Shown: positions 1 through 9,721, numbered from the stretch's first letter. The stretch is DNA of 64,000 nt from Nitrospirota bacterium (GCA_022545705.1 JACZQN010000001.1:940-64939); one strand, 5' to 3'. The notes: generated by a model not told the origin, from the sequence alone. Made by a program: numbers and translations.

Positions 1-1
1 G

Positions 2-1171
2 GTCGGCGACCTGCGGCGGTGCCTGGAGGTGGTCAACGCAATCTCCGTGCTGGCTGCCGCGGACCGGCCGGAGGCAGTGCTGATCGGCCTGCAGCAGATC
101 GAGGACCTGACAGAACTGACTGTGTCGGGTCGGGAGGTCACCGCTAAATCCTCCCTGGGCGTGCCCTTGCGTGTCGTCGTGTCAGGAGATCTCACCCCAC
201 ACGCGTTGCTCGCGCAGACGGGCAGCGACGAACACCTCAAGGCGCTCGCATCCCGTGCCGCTCGGATGAACGTACCTTGGAACCTTGAGGACAACGGACA
301 CGGGGCGACAAGGCCTCAGGCTGACTCGGAAGAGGCGCTCTATAAGGCCCTGGGCCTCCCGTTCATTGCGCCCGAACTCCGGGAAGGGCTCGGAGAAATC
401 GAGGCGGCGGAGGCAGGCCATCTGAACCCTTTGGTGGAGGCGGGACAGATTCGTGGAATCTTCCACAATCACACCACGTACAGTGATGGCTCCGCCAGCC
501 TGGATGATATGGTGGCGGCGGCAAAGGCTCTGGGGTATGAGTACATCGGGATTTCCGATCACAGCCAGTCGGCCTTCTACGCCAATGGATTGAAGGAAGA
601 CCGGATCCGGGAGCAGCATGCTCAAATTGATGCCCTCCGTAAAAGGGTCACCGGCATTGCTGTTTTCAAAGGGATCGAAGCCGACATTCTCGCTGACGGT
701 TCGATGGACTATCCCGACGAGGTCCTGGCCCGGTTCGATTTCGTGATTGCCTCGGTGCATAGCCGGTTTACTTTGTCGGAAGAAGAGCAGACCGCACGCG
801 TCGTCCGGGCCCTGGCCAATCCACACGTCACCATGCTGGGCCATCCCACTGGTCGCCTCCTTTTGTCACGCGAGGGGTATCGGATTGACCTCAAGCGAGT
901 CATTGACGCGGCCAAAGGGTATGGGAAAGTGGTCGAACTCAATGCCAATCCGCACCGGCTCGACCTCGACTGGCGATTCTGTCGCTCTGCCAAAGCTCAG
1001 GGCGTGAAGGTGAGCATCAACCCGGATGCCCATTCGACTGAGGGACTGGAAGATGTCCCGTTCGGCGTACACATGGCCCGCAAAGGGGGGTTGGAGGCAT
1101 CCGACGTGATCAATACCCTGGGGCCAGACGAGATCCTCCCGGCCCTAACCGCGCGACCGCGTCTGCAATGA
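2..1171 (+). CDS. polX: DNA polymerase/3'-5' exonuclease PolX, C-terminal portion (5' end lies upstream of the window)
   Basis: Frame is open from base 2. PHP-domain motifs FHNHTTYSDGS, ISDHSQSA, ASVHS, GHPTGRLL, LNANPHRLD and INPDAHS follow a helix-hairpin-helix-like LGLPFIAPELRE, as in bacterial family X polymerases. Confidence 0.85.
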   Translation, partial: VGDLRRCLEVVNAISVLAAADRPEAVLIGLQQIEDLTELTVSGREVTAKSSLGVPLRVVVSGDLTPHALLAQTGSDEHLKALASRAARMNVPWNLEDNGHGATRPQADSEEALYKALGLPFIAPELREGLGEIEAAEAGHLNPLVEAGQIRGIFHNHTTYSDGSASLDDMVAAAKALGYEYIGISDHSQSAFYANGLKEDRIREQHAQIDALRKRVTGIAVFKGIEADILADGSMDYPDEVLARFDFVIASVHSRFTLSEEEQTARVVRALANPHVTMLGHPTGRLLLSREGYRIDLKRVIDAAKGYGKVVELNANPHRLDLDWRFCRSAKAQGVKVSINPDAHSTEGLEDVPFGVHMARKGGLEASDVINTLGPDEILPALTARPRLQ

Positions 1172-1191
1172 ACGTGAGATAGGGAGACGCC

Positions 1192-2304
1192 ATGCTTGCG
1201 ACACGCATTCGACAGAAGGACAGCCTCTTCTACATTGTTGCGTATAAAGCGGCCGACCTGCTCGAACGGGTCCGGTTTACCAGTCGGTATTATTTCGAAG
1301 GCGAGCAGATCGAAAAGGAGGCGGTGCGGGAAGATGACGAGGTGGCCCGGTTCATCAGCGGCATCGAGCGCAGCGAGAAAGGCTTCCAGCGCGCGCTCAA
1401 TCGCCAGAAGCTGAAACAGATCGTCAACTTTTACGAAACGGCCGTGACCCAGCCGATGCTGCCTGGCACAGTCCTCCTATTCACCGATGAAACGCTGCGT
1501 TTCCAGAAGATGGGGGACTCGGAGTCCTTGGGCTATCTGAGCGAGCCGAAGGGTGAGTACCTGATCATTGACGGCCAGCACCGGATTGCCGCGCTGCATT
1601 TTTTCAGGCAGCGCCATCCCGAGGAGACCAAACGGATCGAGGTGCCCTGCGTCCTGTTCGACGGCCGGAGCGCGGATTTTGCCACCGAGATGTTTGTGAT
1701 CATCAACTCGACCCATACCCGCATCAACCGGTCTCATCTGGTCGATCTGTACGAGAAAGTCTCGTGGGAGAGCCCGCAGAAGAAATTTGCGGCTCGCGTG
1801 GTGAATCTTTTGTACGGGGAGGATGATTCACCGCTCCAGTACAAAATCAACCGGCTCGGAGGGCGCAGCCGGCAGGAAAAATGGATCCTCCAGTCCGAGA
1901 TGTTTAACGAATTGTACAAGCTGGTCACGCAGCACTCGCGCTGGGTGGAGAACCATCTCGGGAACAGGGCTGACAAATGCTACGCCCTGGTTCGAGACTA
2001 CCTGAAAGCTGCAAAGGAGGTCATGAGCGAGGTGTGGGGGAAGAACGAGCGGTACATGTTCACGCGGGATGTCACACTCAAGGCCCTGATCCGGGTGCTG
2101 GGTGATCTGCTCCCTGATCGAAAGCTGATGGGAGAGTGGGAACGGGAGCGTTCGCCCAAGCCCTTTGTCGCGACGCTCGCGCCTTGGTCGCAGTTGGTGA
2201 AGGAGTTTCGGGCCGACGGGTTCTATGAACGCTTTCCGGCGAAGGGGCAACTGGAGCGCGTCCGACGCATCCACCTGCGCCTGACCGAGGCCATCTTTGG
2301 CTAA
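1192..2304 (+). CDS. DGQHR domain-containing protein (DndB-like, ParB/Srx-fold superfamily)
   Basis: Eponymous motif YLIIDGQHRIAAL followed by FVIINSTHTRINRSHLVDL. Starts 20 bp after the polX stop, behind a GGGAGA RBS. No dnd/dpd partner genes nearby. Confidence 0.8.
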   Translation: MLATRIRQKDSLFYIVAYKAADLLERVRFTSRYYFEGEQIEKEAVREDDEVARFISGIERSEKGFQRALNRQKLKQIVNFYETAVTQPMLPGTVLLFTDETLRFQKMGDSESLGYLSEPKGEYLIIDGQHRIAALHFFRQRHPEETKRIEVPCVLFDGRSADFATEMFVIINSTHTRINRSHLVDLYEKVSWESPQKKFAARVVNLLYGEDDSPLQYKINRLGGRSRQEKWILQSEMFNELYKLVTQHSRWVENHLGNRADKCYALVRDYLKAAKEVMSEVWGKNERYMFTRDVTLKALIRVLGDLLPDRKLMGEWERERSPKPFVATLAPWSQLVKEFRADGFYERFPAKGQLERVRRIHLRLTEAIFG

Positions 2305-2313
2305 CCCCTTTCC

Positions 2314-2973
2314 GTGCTGCGTCTAAGACAGCTCACGACTTGCGTCAGGAGGGGCACAACCCCGATGCTGTGGGCTGCCGCGTTTCTGTTCGTGAGCTAC
2401 ACGTCCAGTGGGATCGCATCGCCTACACGGGCCGCGAATGACTCTGTTCCCAGATTGGAGATCCGCACGGAGCCTTCCGGCGGTGTCCTGGCCACCGCCA
2501 TTCTTCACCTTCCTGTGCCGCCGCGAATCGTCCTTGCGGTGCTGACTGACTACGAACATTGGCCGGGGCTGTTCGGACACCGCTTTCGCATTGCCCGGCT
2601 GGAGCGGACTGAAGGACGGGTGGTGACGGATCTGCAGATCAAGCGGTCTCCGTTCCCTGGCGAGCTCCGGCTCCTCTGCGAAACCAAAAGGCTGCCTGAT
2701 GGAGAGCTGGTGACAAGCCTGATCGAGGGGGATTTCAAACGGTATGTCCGGCGATGGAAAATCGGGTCCGATGGGGCAGGGGACAGGAACCGGACGCGCG
2801 CTGAGATGGAACTGAGACTGGAACTGGCCTCCTGGGCTCCGACGTGGCTCGTGACCTGGAGCCTTCGGCGTGAACTCGAAGAGCACTTCCGAATTTTACA
2901 CGAGTGGGTGGTGAAGCGATTCAGGGCGGAAACCGGAACTCCGCCAGCTCCGCCAGCTCGAGGCCCTGCTTGA
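2314..2973 (+). CDS. SRPBCC-family (cyclase/dehydrase, START-like) protein with N-terminal signal/anchor
   Basis: Hydrophobic N-terminus MLWAAAFLFVSYTSSG and an SRPBCC-like core (VLTDYEHWPGLF...). The 3' end overlaps convergent thiI by 53 nt. Confidence 0.6.
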   Translation: MLRLRQLTTCVRRGTTPMLWAAAFLFVSYTSSGIASPTRAANDSVPRLEIRTEPSGGVLATAILHLPVPPRIVLAVLTDYEHWPGLFGHRFRIARLERTEGRVVTDLQIKRSPFPGELRLLCETKRLPDGELVTSLIEGDFKRYVRRWKIGSDGAGDRNRTRAEMELRLELASWAPTWLVTWSLRRELEEHFRILHEWVVKRFRAETGTPPAPPARGPA

Positions 2974-4096
2974 CCAGGGCGTCCCCATCAAACCCTCGCT
3001 CGATCTTCCGAATGTGATCCAGGTTGGTCTTCGTGCTGGGGTGAGGAGGGACGAAGAGTCGGCAGCAGTCCTGGTCCGGCTCAATAGAGGTTTCAAAGGT
3101 GCCAATCCGTTGAGCCTGCTCGGTGATCTCGGCCTTATCCATGCCGATCAGGGGACGGAGAATCGGGAGATGAGCCGCCTCCTCGATGACTGCGAGATTC
3201 TCAGGCGTCTGAGAGGCGACCTGCCCTAAGCTGTCACCCGTCACCGTCGCCCAACACTGCTCCCGTTGTGCCAGTTCTTCGGCAATCCGCATCATCAGCC
3301 GGCGGTACAGCACCACGCGGAATGCCGCCGGCGCGCCGAGCACGATCTGCCGCTGAATCTCGCCGAACGGAACCAGATATAACCGGGAATGGAGTTGGTA
3401 GGAGGTTAGTAGCTGTATGATCTCGCGCACTTTTTCCTCCGAGGCGCGGCTGACGTACGGGCGCCCGTGGAAATGCACAAAGACTGCCTTGCACCCCCGT
3501 TTCATCATGCGATGGGCCGCAACGGGAGAATCAATGCCTCCTGAAATGAGGCAGGCAACTTTCCCGCTCACGCCAACCGGCAGTCCACCAGGGCCCGGCT
3601 CTCGGCTCAACGAAAAGAACGCTTCTCTGCTCAGGAGCTCAATGCGGATGGTGAGGTCTGGGTTCTGCAGACGGACCCGCTTGCCCGTGACAGCGCAGAC
3701 GTGAGCGCCGATTTCCCGGTCCACATCCATGGATGTCAACGGGAAACGCTTATCCGCGCGCTTGGTAGAGATGCGAAACGTGACGAACGGGAGGTCTTGG
3801 GCCGCTGCGCCAATAGCGGATTTGAGCCCGTCCAGCGGCTGCGGCTTGGAGAGGGAGACTGAGTGCGCCTGTGAGAAGTTGGCAATGCCGAAGACCCGGG
3901 AGAGTCTAGCGCTCACCTTCTCCCAGGGCGTCTCATCCAGTAGAGCAATGCGAATGCGGCCGGGCAGCGCCTCGACTTGCCTCACACCGATGTCACGAAG
4001 CGCGAGGCGCAGGTGACGGACCAATCGGCCCTCGAAGAACGGGCGGTTCCGTCCCTTGAGCGCCAGCTCGTGGTAGTGGACGATGGCGCAGCGCAT
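2921..4096 (-). CDS. thiI: tRNA 4-thiouridine(8) synthase ThiI (short form, no rhodanese domain)
   Basis: N-terminus MRCAIVHYHELALKGRNRPFFE (ThiI N-terminal/THUMP region) and PP-loop SGGIDSPVAA. Its start codon overlaps the trxB stop (TAATG). Confidence 0.9.
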   Translation of the reverse strand: MRCAIVHYHELALKGRNRPFFEGRLVRHLRLALRDIGVRQVEALPGRIRIALLDETPWEKVSARLSRVFGIANFSQAHSVSLSKPQPLDGLKSAIGAAAQDLPFVTFRISTKRADKRFPLTSMDVDREIGAHVCAVTGKRVRLQNPDLTIRIELLSREAFFSLSREPGPGGLPVGVSGKVACLISGGIDSPVAAHRMMKRGCKAVFVHFHGRPYVSRASEEKVREIIQLLTSYQLHSRLYLVPFGEIQRQIVLGAPAAFRVVLYRRLMMRIAEELAQREQCWATVTGDSLGQVASQTPENLAVIEEAAHLPILRPLIGMDKAEITEQAQRIGTFETSIEPDQDCCRLFVPPHPSTKTNLDHIRKIERGFDGDALVKQGLELAELAEFRFPP

Positions 4097-5013
4097 TAAC
4101 CATGGCCCTCCAGGAAGCGTTCGGCATCAATGGCGGCCATGCACCCAGAGCCTGCGGCCGTCACCGCCTGCCGGTATTTGGGGTCCTGGACGTCGCCGGC
4201 TGCAAAGACGCCGGGGACATTGGTGTGGGTCCCATTCTTCGTGAGAATGTAGCCCTTCGCATCCATCTCGACCTGGCCCATGAACAAACCGGTATTGGGC
4301 GTATGGCCGATGGCCACAAACAGGCCTGCCGTTTTCAACTCGGAAGTCTCGCCGCTGGCCACGTTCCGTAAACGGACGCCAGTGACCACACTGCCTCCGA
4401 GCACTTCTTCCACAACCGAGTTCCAGATAAACGTGATTTTCTCATTCTTGGACGCCCGATCCTGCATGATTTTGGAGGCCCGCAGCGTATCCCGGCGATG
4501 GGCCACGGAGACCCGCGTGGCAAATTTGGTGAGAAAGGTGGATTCCTCCATGGCGCTGTCCCCGCCACCGACGACGACGAGTTCCTTGCCTCGGAAAAAG
4601 TAGCCATCGCAGGTGGCGCAGGTGGAGACCCCATGGCCCATCAGTCGGGCTTCGCCGGGGACGCCGAGCATGATGGCCGATGCGCCGGTGGCGATGATCA
4701 GGGTTTTGGTTTCGATGGTCTGCTCTCCTTCGATGGTGACAGTGAACGGTGACCGCTTGAGATCCGCAGCCGAGACATCCCCGCTCAGGTACTCCGTGCC
4801 GAAGCGCGCGGCCTGGGCCCGCATGTCCTGGATAAGCTGCGGTCCCATGATGCCCTTGGGGAATCCCGGATAGTTCTCCACCTCGGTGGTCAGCGATAAC
4901 TGCCCGCCGGCCTGTGCGCCTTCCACGAGCAGCGGCGAGAGGTTGGCCCGTGCCGTATAAATCGCGGCGGTCAATCCCGCCAGCCCTGATCCGAGAATGA
5001 CGACGTTTCGCAT
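4096..5013 (-). CDS. trxB: thioredoxin-disulfide reductase
   Basis: FAD GxGxxG (ILGSGLAGLTAA), redox-active CATCDG and a second Rossmann motif VVGGGDSAMEE. Start placed at MRNVVILGSG rather than the ORF-track upstream Met. Confidence 0.92.
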   Translation of the reverse strand: MRNVVILGSGLAGLTAAIYTARANLSPLLVEGAQAGGQLSLTTEVENYPGFPKGIMGPQLIQDMRAQAARFGTEYLSGDVSAADLKRSPFTVTIEGEQTIETKTLIIATGASAIMLGVPGEARLMGHGVSTCATCDGYFFRGKELVVVGGGDSAMEESTFLTKFATRVSVAHRRDTLRASKIMQDRASKNEKITFIWNSVVEEVLGGSVVTGVRLRNVASGETSELKTAGLFVAIGHTPNTGLFMGQVEMDAKGYILTKNGTHTNVPGVFAAGDVQDPKYRQAVTAAGSGCMAAIDAERFLEGHG

Positions 5014-5058
5014 GCGGGGGACTTTAACACAGGGATTGCGCAAGCGGAAGAGGTCGAG

Positions 5059-5661
5059 TCAGGCTAGACGTTGCAGTTCCGAGAAAATACGGGTGACCTC
5101 TCCGCGGAGCTGCGCTACGGGTAAGGTCCCGTCAATGACATAGTCAGCGAGCTTGACCTTCTGGGCCAACGGCATTTGGGACCGGATGCGTCGCAGCGCT
5201 TCGGGACGGGTGAGCTGGTTGCGTTCCCGAAGGCGCGTGATCTGGGTCTCACGGTCGGCATGGATCACGATAATGCGATCCATGCGCCGGTGCGCCCCGG
5301 CTTCAATCAGCAGCGGGGCATCGTAGATGACCACAGCGCGGGGGTCCTTTCGTGCGGCCTGCTTGGTGAGGCGGGCCTGTTGCCGGGCCACCCAGGGATG
5401 CACGATCGCATTGAGGGCACGCAGTTTGGCCCGACTCTGGAAGACGATTCGAGCCAAGGCCGTCCGATCGAGGCTCCGGTCTGCTCGAAGCACCCCCTTT
5501 CCGTACGTGCGGACGATGTCCCGCCAGGCGGGCTTCCCGGGCCGAACGACGGCACGAGCCAAGATGTCGGCGTCCAGCACGACGGCCCCGCAGTGCTTAA
5601 ACAGCTGTGCGATCGTGCTTTTTCCGGTGGCGAGACCACCCGTGAGACCGGCCACGATCAT
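5059..5661 (-). CDS. coaE: dephospho-CoA kinase
   Basis: P-loop GLTGGLATGKST directly follows the MIVAGL start. The 52-codon upstream extension in the ORF track overlaps the divergent neighbour and was dropped. Confidence 0.88.
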   Translation of the reverse strand: MIVAGLTGGLATGKSTIAQLFKHCGAVVLDADILARAVVRPGKPAWRDIVRTYGKGVLRADRSLDRTALARIVFQSRAKLRALNAIVHPWVARQQARLTKQAARKDPRAVVIYDAPLLIEAGAHRRMDRIIVIHADRETQITRLRERNQLTRPEALRRIRSQMPLAQKVKLADYVIDGTLPVAQLRGEVTRIFSELQRLA

Positions 5662-5767
5662 GAGGCAGGATAGCATGGGGTCTTGACAGGCAACAACATA
5701 CCTTTTGCCTTGCGCGCCGTAGCGCACACCTTGACTTTCCGCGCTGCTTCCCTGTATCAGCACGCCT

Positions 5768-6811
5768 ATGAAATGTGAGTCTTTCAGGAGGGTGTGGACC
5801 TGCGCAGTGGCGGTCATCCTTTCGCTCTTCTCTTGTGGGCCAGCATCCGTCCTTGCAAGTGAGCCCCTGTTAGAAGGACCACCGCGTACGTTGGTGGTGG
5901 CGCTCGACGGAAGCGGGCAGTTCCAATCTATTCAGGAGGCGATTGACCAGTCGAGTGATGGCGATACCATCCGGATTAAGGCCGGAGCCTATGCCGAAGA
6001 TGTGACCATCCACAGCAAGGAAGGGCTGAGGCTCATTGGCGACGGGGTGGATCAGGTGACGATTCTCGGTCTCAGACGGGTGGGTTCGTTCCATATCGGG
6101 AAATGGCCATACGGCGCGACGGATATCGAGATCAGCGGCCTGACGATTCACGAACATGGCGGGCTGGCATTGGGCATTTTCAATGGCCGCGCGATCACGC
6201 TCCGCAATGTCCGTATTAAAGGGCAACTGTTCGGCCAAGAGGTTCAGGGTGTCCAGATCGAGAACAGTGTGATCGGCGGCAGCGAGACGACCGGCGTGTC
6301 CTTCGTGGATTCGCAAGCCGTGCTGGTCCGGAACCTCATTCACGATAACGACCATGGAGTCAAAGTCGCAGGCAAATCCCATGTTCGTCTGGATCATAAC
6401 GTGATCACCCGAAGCCTGTTCGAGGGCGTCGTGGTCACCGATGAGGCGCAGGCCGTGCTCGTGAGTAACACCATCGTGAAGAACGGCGGGGGAGTTGCCT
6501 TCCTGGGCCATTCCCGGAGCGAGGTGTCCGGCAATATCGTAGGGTTGAACAAAGTGGGGTTTGTCATCGGGCCTTCCAGTCGGGCCTTGACCTCCTATAA
6601 CGCGCTCTACAATAGCGAAGGAAACTTTTTGAAGACCGGTTCTCCCCCTCTTCCGGCTCCGGACCTGAAAGCCGACTCGGATCTGATCCTGGACCCACGG
6701 TTCGTCGATCCCGGCCTCTATGATTTTCGACTTCGCACTGACACCCCACTGACCCGAATCGGCGGCTTCGCCTTTTTAGGAGCTTTGCCCCCAATTGACG
6801 GATCTCCTTAA
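5768..6811 (+). CDS. secreted right-handed parallel beta-helix repeat protein (pectin-lyase-fold/NosD-like)
   Basis: Signal peptide MKCESFRRVWTCAVAVILSLFSCGPASVLA. Reiterated beta-helix turns (IHEHGG.., IKGQLFG.., IGGSETTG.., IHDNDHG.., ITRSLFEG.., IVKNGGG..). Confidence 0.7.
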   Translation: MKCESFRRVWTCAVAVILSLFSCGPASVLASEPLLEGPPRTLVVALDGSGQFQSIQEAIDQSSDGDTIRIKAGAYAEDVTIHSKEGLRLIGDGVDQVTILGLRRVGSFHIGKWPYGATDIEISGLTIHEHGGLALGIFNGRAITLRNVRIKGQLFGQEVQGVQIENSVIGGSETTGVSFVDSQAVLVRNLIHDNDHGVKVAGKSHVRLDHNVITRSLFEGVVVTDEAQAVLVSNTIVKNGGGVAFLGHSRSEVSGNIVGLNKVGFVIGPSSRALTSYNALYNSEGNFLKTGSPPLPAPDLKADSDLILDPRFVDPGLYDFRLRTDTPLTRIGGFAFLGALPPIDGSP

Positions 6812-6974
6812 AGCCCAGAGATCCCTACCTAATCGTCAAGAACTTTCACGAATAGCTGGCCGGTTCGACGCCGGCGAAAACCTGTGGTAAGGTAAAGGTG
6901 GAAGCACAGGACTTGACTGGCCTTGGAAGCGACTTATCTTGTAGTATTGGAAGTTGTTGACAAGGAAGGGTCGG

Positions 6975-7160
6975 ATGGCCAGCTATCGTTCAGAACTCGA
7001 AAAGCGCGGCCCCGCAGGCATTCCCTCTCTGGAGGAACTGGAACCCGGGAGGCCGATCGGGGTCATCATGCCCATGTCTGAGCAGGCACAGGGCGCCTTA
7101 CTTGACCGCATTGAACTCCTTGACTTCCTTGTGAATCAAGACGAAGTGACTTGGAGCTAG
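6975..7160 (+). CDS. hypothetical small protein (61 aa)
   Basis: ATG preceded by GGAAGGG, with codon usage similar to neighbours. No recognisable motif, so it may be spurious. Confidence 0.25.
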   Translation: MASYRSELEKRGPAGIPSLEELEPGRPIGVIMPMSEQAQGALLDRIELLDFLVNQDEVTWS

Positions 7161-7387
7161 CGAAGGCTCTTCCCCTCTCCACTGCTGATCCCTCCCATTC
7201 GAGCTTCCGTCAGTGTTTGCCCCCTTGCCGTGAGTGACGCCTCCTGCGCGTAATGCCTCATGCCACTGTGCTGGGGCAGGGCTTGGCCCGCTGTGGATTG
7301 CTGCAAGGTGACCCATCAGAGTATGATCTGTCCGCTCAGGATGGCTTGATCACGTGCATCACGCCATACTGTGAGCGGAGGACGAAA

Positions 7388-8113
7388 ATGGAGATCACCC
7401 GCCTCAAGACAAAAACGCCGAGTCCGTACCGTATCACGACGATCCAGGAGGAAACCCACGACACGAAAACGTTCCGATTCGCCCTGCCGGACAACGCGAC
7501 CCTCGACATGTTGCCCGGTGATCATCTGTATGTGCATGCGACCGTGAATGGCAAGGCGGTAAAACGGCCTTATACGCCGTCATCCCTACCGGACACAGTG
7601 GGCTACTTTGACTTAACGATCAAGCGCTACGAATCCGGGGTCATCTCCAAGTATGTCCACGATCGGCAGGTTGGGGAAGAGGTGCAGATGAGCGGTCCCA
7701 ACCAAGGTGGCCACTGGATTGACGGGATGGCGACGCGGGTCGGTTTCGTGGCGGGAGGGACCGGCATAACTCCCATGATCTCTATTATCCGATGGATCCT
7801 GTCCAGGAAGCTGGCCGTGGAGCTCTTTTTGGTGTTCGCCAATAAGACGGAAGCGGATATCATCCTTGGACGGGAATTCGGTCACTATCTCCGTGAGCAC
7901 TCGAACTTTCATTGTTATCACGTGCTTGAGCAGCCGCCCCCGGGTTGGTCCATGGGTGTCGGCCGGATAACCCCCGAGATGCTCCGCGAGCGCCTTCCCG
8001 CGCCGGCCTCTGGCACGATAGTCTTCCTTTGCGGCCCCCCACCGATGGTGGATGCGCTTGAGCGCTCGCTCAAGGATCTCGGCTATGCCGAGGAGGCCAT
8101 CATCCTGCCTTAA
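7388..8113 (+). CDS. FAD/NAD(P)-binding oxidoreductase (ferredoxin-NADP reductase / cytochrome b5 reductase-like)
   Basis: RPYTPSS flavin-binding motif, GGTGITP nucleotide-binding motif and C-terminal FLCGPPPMV. GGAGGA RBS lies upstream of ATG 7388. Confidence 0.8.
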   Translation: MEITRLKTKTPSPYRITTIQEETHDTKTFRFALPDNATLDMLPGDHLYVHATVNGKAVKRPYTPSSLPDTVGYFDLTIKRYESGVISKYVHDRQVGEEVQMSGPNQGGHWIDGMATRVGFVAGGTGITPMISIIRWILSRKLAVELFLVFANKTEADIILGREFGHYLREHSNFHCYHVLEQPPPGWSMGVGRITPEMLRERLPAPASGTIVFLCGPPPMVDALERSLKDLGYAEEAIILP

Positions 8114-8305
8114 TGACGTTTCTCCAGTGCCACCTTGAGCGTTTCCCAACCGTCACGTGGAATGTGAGTGTAACGATGTCGGGGCTCCTGCGACTAATGG
8201 GGGCTGGAGGTGTGTCCGCCTCGCTGGCAGCAGTCTTATGGTCCTAGGTCTTGATCCGAACCTCAGCGGGACACACGGTTTCTGAAGATCTCGCACGAGC
8301 GGTGG

Positions 8306-8896
8306 ATGGAACCCAGGCAATTATCGGATCCTGAGACGTGGACAGACCAGCATGGGGATTATCTGTATCGCTGTGCCCTCCTGCGCGTGCGGGATTCGGC
8401 GTTGGCCGAGGAAGTCGTGCAGGAAACGTTCTTGGCGGCCCTGCAAGCTCGCGACCGATTTGCCGGGCAATCTTCAGAGAGGAGCTGGCTGGTCGGGATT
8501 CTGAAGCACAAGGTTATTGATCATTTCCGGAAAGCGCATCGAGAAGCGCCGCGGGATAATCCTCAAGAGCTGGGGCGCGAGCTGGACACGGAGGGCCTCT
8601 TCGATGAGGCCGGGCATTGGAAGCTTGGCCGGACAGAACCCCTGGAGTGGCCCCATAATCCCAGCACTGAACTGGAACGCAAGGAGTTCTGGGAAGTCCT
8701 CAAACGCTGCCTGGCGAGCCTGCCTCCTCGTATGGCGACGGCGTTCTCGTTGCGAGAAGTGGATGACCGCAGCAGCGAGGAAGTGTGTGACGCGCTGAAT
8801 ATCACCGCCTCAAACCTCTGGGTCATACTCCATCGTACCCGCAAGCACCTGAGGCAATGCTTGGAAGGGCATCATTTCGGCCGCACGGCGGCCTGA
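8306..8896 (+). CDS. ECF-type RNA polymerase sigma-70 family factor
   Basis: Region 2 (YLYRCALLRVRDSALAEEVVQETFLAA) and region 4 HTH (SSEEVCDALNITASNLWVILHRTRKHLRQCL). Confidence 0.85.
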   Translation: MEPRQLSDPETWTDQHGDYLYRCALLRVRDSALAEEVVQETFLAALQARDRFAGQSSERSWLVGILKHKVIDHFRKAHREAPRDNPQELGRELDTEGLFDEAGHWKLGRTEPLEWPHNPSTELERKEFWEVLKRCLASLPPRMATAFSLREVDDRSSEEVCDALNITASNLWVILHRTRKHLRQCLEGHHFGRTAA

Positions 8897-8905
8897 GGTT
8901 CCGCG

Positions 8906-9205
8906 ATGTGGCTTGGACCGTTGGCGAATGTTCTGGCCCGGAACACACCTCCCTGTTCCGCCGTGATCCAGTTGTTCTCGGAATCCCTGGACCACGCGCT
9001 CCCCCTCCGGAAACGCATGCTGCTAAGGCTACATTTCCTGATGTGCAAGTACTGCGAGCGGTATCGGCAGCAGCTCCTCTTCATCAGGGAAGCTGTCCGC
9101 CAGCACCCCGAGCGACTGGAAGGCCAGGACTCTTCCCCCACACCCTCGCTCTCTCCCGAAGCCCGCGAACGCATCAAGCGCACCTTGGCTGGCAAGGAGC
9201 AGTGA
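8906..9205 (+). CDS. putative zinc-finger (zf-HC2-like) anti-sigma factor
   Basis: Lies 10 bp downstream of the ECF sigma gene. H-x3-C-x2-C signature in HFLMCKYC. Confidence 0.6.
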   Translation: MWLGPLANVLARNTPPCSAVIQLFSESLDHALPLRKRMLLRLHFLMCKYCERYRQQLLFIREAVRQHPERLEGQDSSPTPSLSPEARERIKRTLAGKEQ

Positions 9206-9394
9206 GTTCTTTTCAGCAGGAACCGCTGTTGCTCTCCCTCCCTTACAGCTTGATGTAGATATAGCCCTCCCGCTGGGGATCCGCGATCCGCTTCACCGCA
9301 ACGGGGTGCGCGGTCGACCACGCGACGGTTCCTCGGCCCTTGAGAGGGGCCGAGAAGAGGAATGTGTGATTGCAAGACCTGACCCCAGATACAG

Positions 9395-9443
9395 ATATGA
9401 CCCCAAATATGACCCAAAATACAAATATGGACAACAAATATGA
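9395..9443. repeat. degenerate AT-rich short tandem repeat (four ATATG(A/G) cores spaced 12-18 bp)
   Basis: cagATATGAccccaaATATGAcccaaaatacaaATATGGacaacaaATATGAag sits at the truncation point of the hydrolase remnant. Confidence 0.5.
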
Positions 9444-9721
9444 AGTACGTGGAATCCCGCGTCGACGTAGGCGCGGACGACCTCTGGCGCATGTCCATCC
9501 CACGCGTGGGAATTAATGCCGTGCACCAGCACGATCGCTCGGCTCCCGGTTGATGGAACTAGCCAGCCACGCAAGAGGACTCCGTCTTCCGCACTTTTGG
9601 AAGCAAGCTCTTTCGCCGTCGAAAACCCCAGCTGCCCTGGCGCCACGGTGGGCAACTTCCGCATCGGAGTGATTGTCACATTCAAGATGTTCCAACAAGT
9701 CCCCGCGTAAAGCGCCAGCAA
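9443..9721 (-). pseudogene. alpha/beta-hydrolase N-terminal remnant (truncated after about 93 codons)
   Basis: ...GVLLRGWLVPSTGSRAIVLVHGINSHAWDGHAPEVVRAYVDAGFHVL resembles the first strands of an alpha/beta hydrolase. The frame then runs into an AT-rich low-complexity repeat (HICCPYLYFGSYLGSYLYLGS). No nucleophile-elbow or catalytic His region follows. Confidence 0.5.

Noticed and set aside
2921-2973. Convergent 53-nt overlap of the SRPBCC gene and thiI (and the 29-nt overlap of the lytic transglycosylase with nadB at 44423-44451) as a regulatory feature
   Set aside because: Short tail-to-tail overlaps are common in compact genomes. There is no additional structure or motif in the overlaps.
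8255-8285. Autoregulated ECF-type promoter (GAAC-N16-GTTT) upstream of the sigma factor gene
   Set aside because: It is only a partial match to typical GGAAC/CGTT-type ECF promoters. That is too weak to report as a feature.
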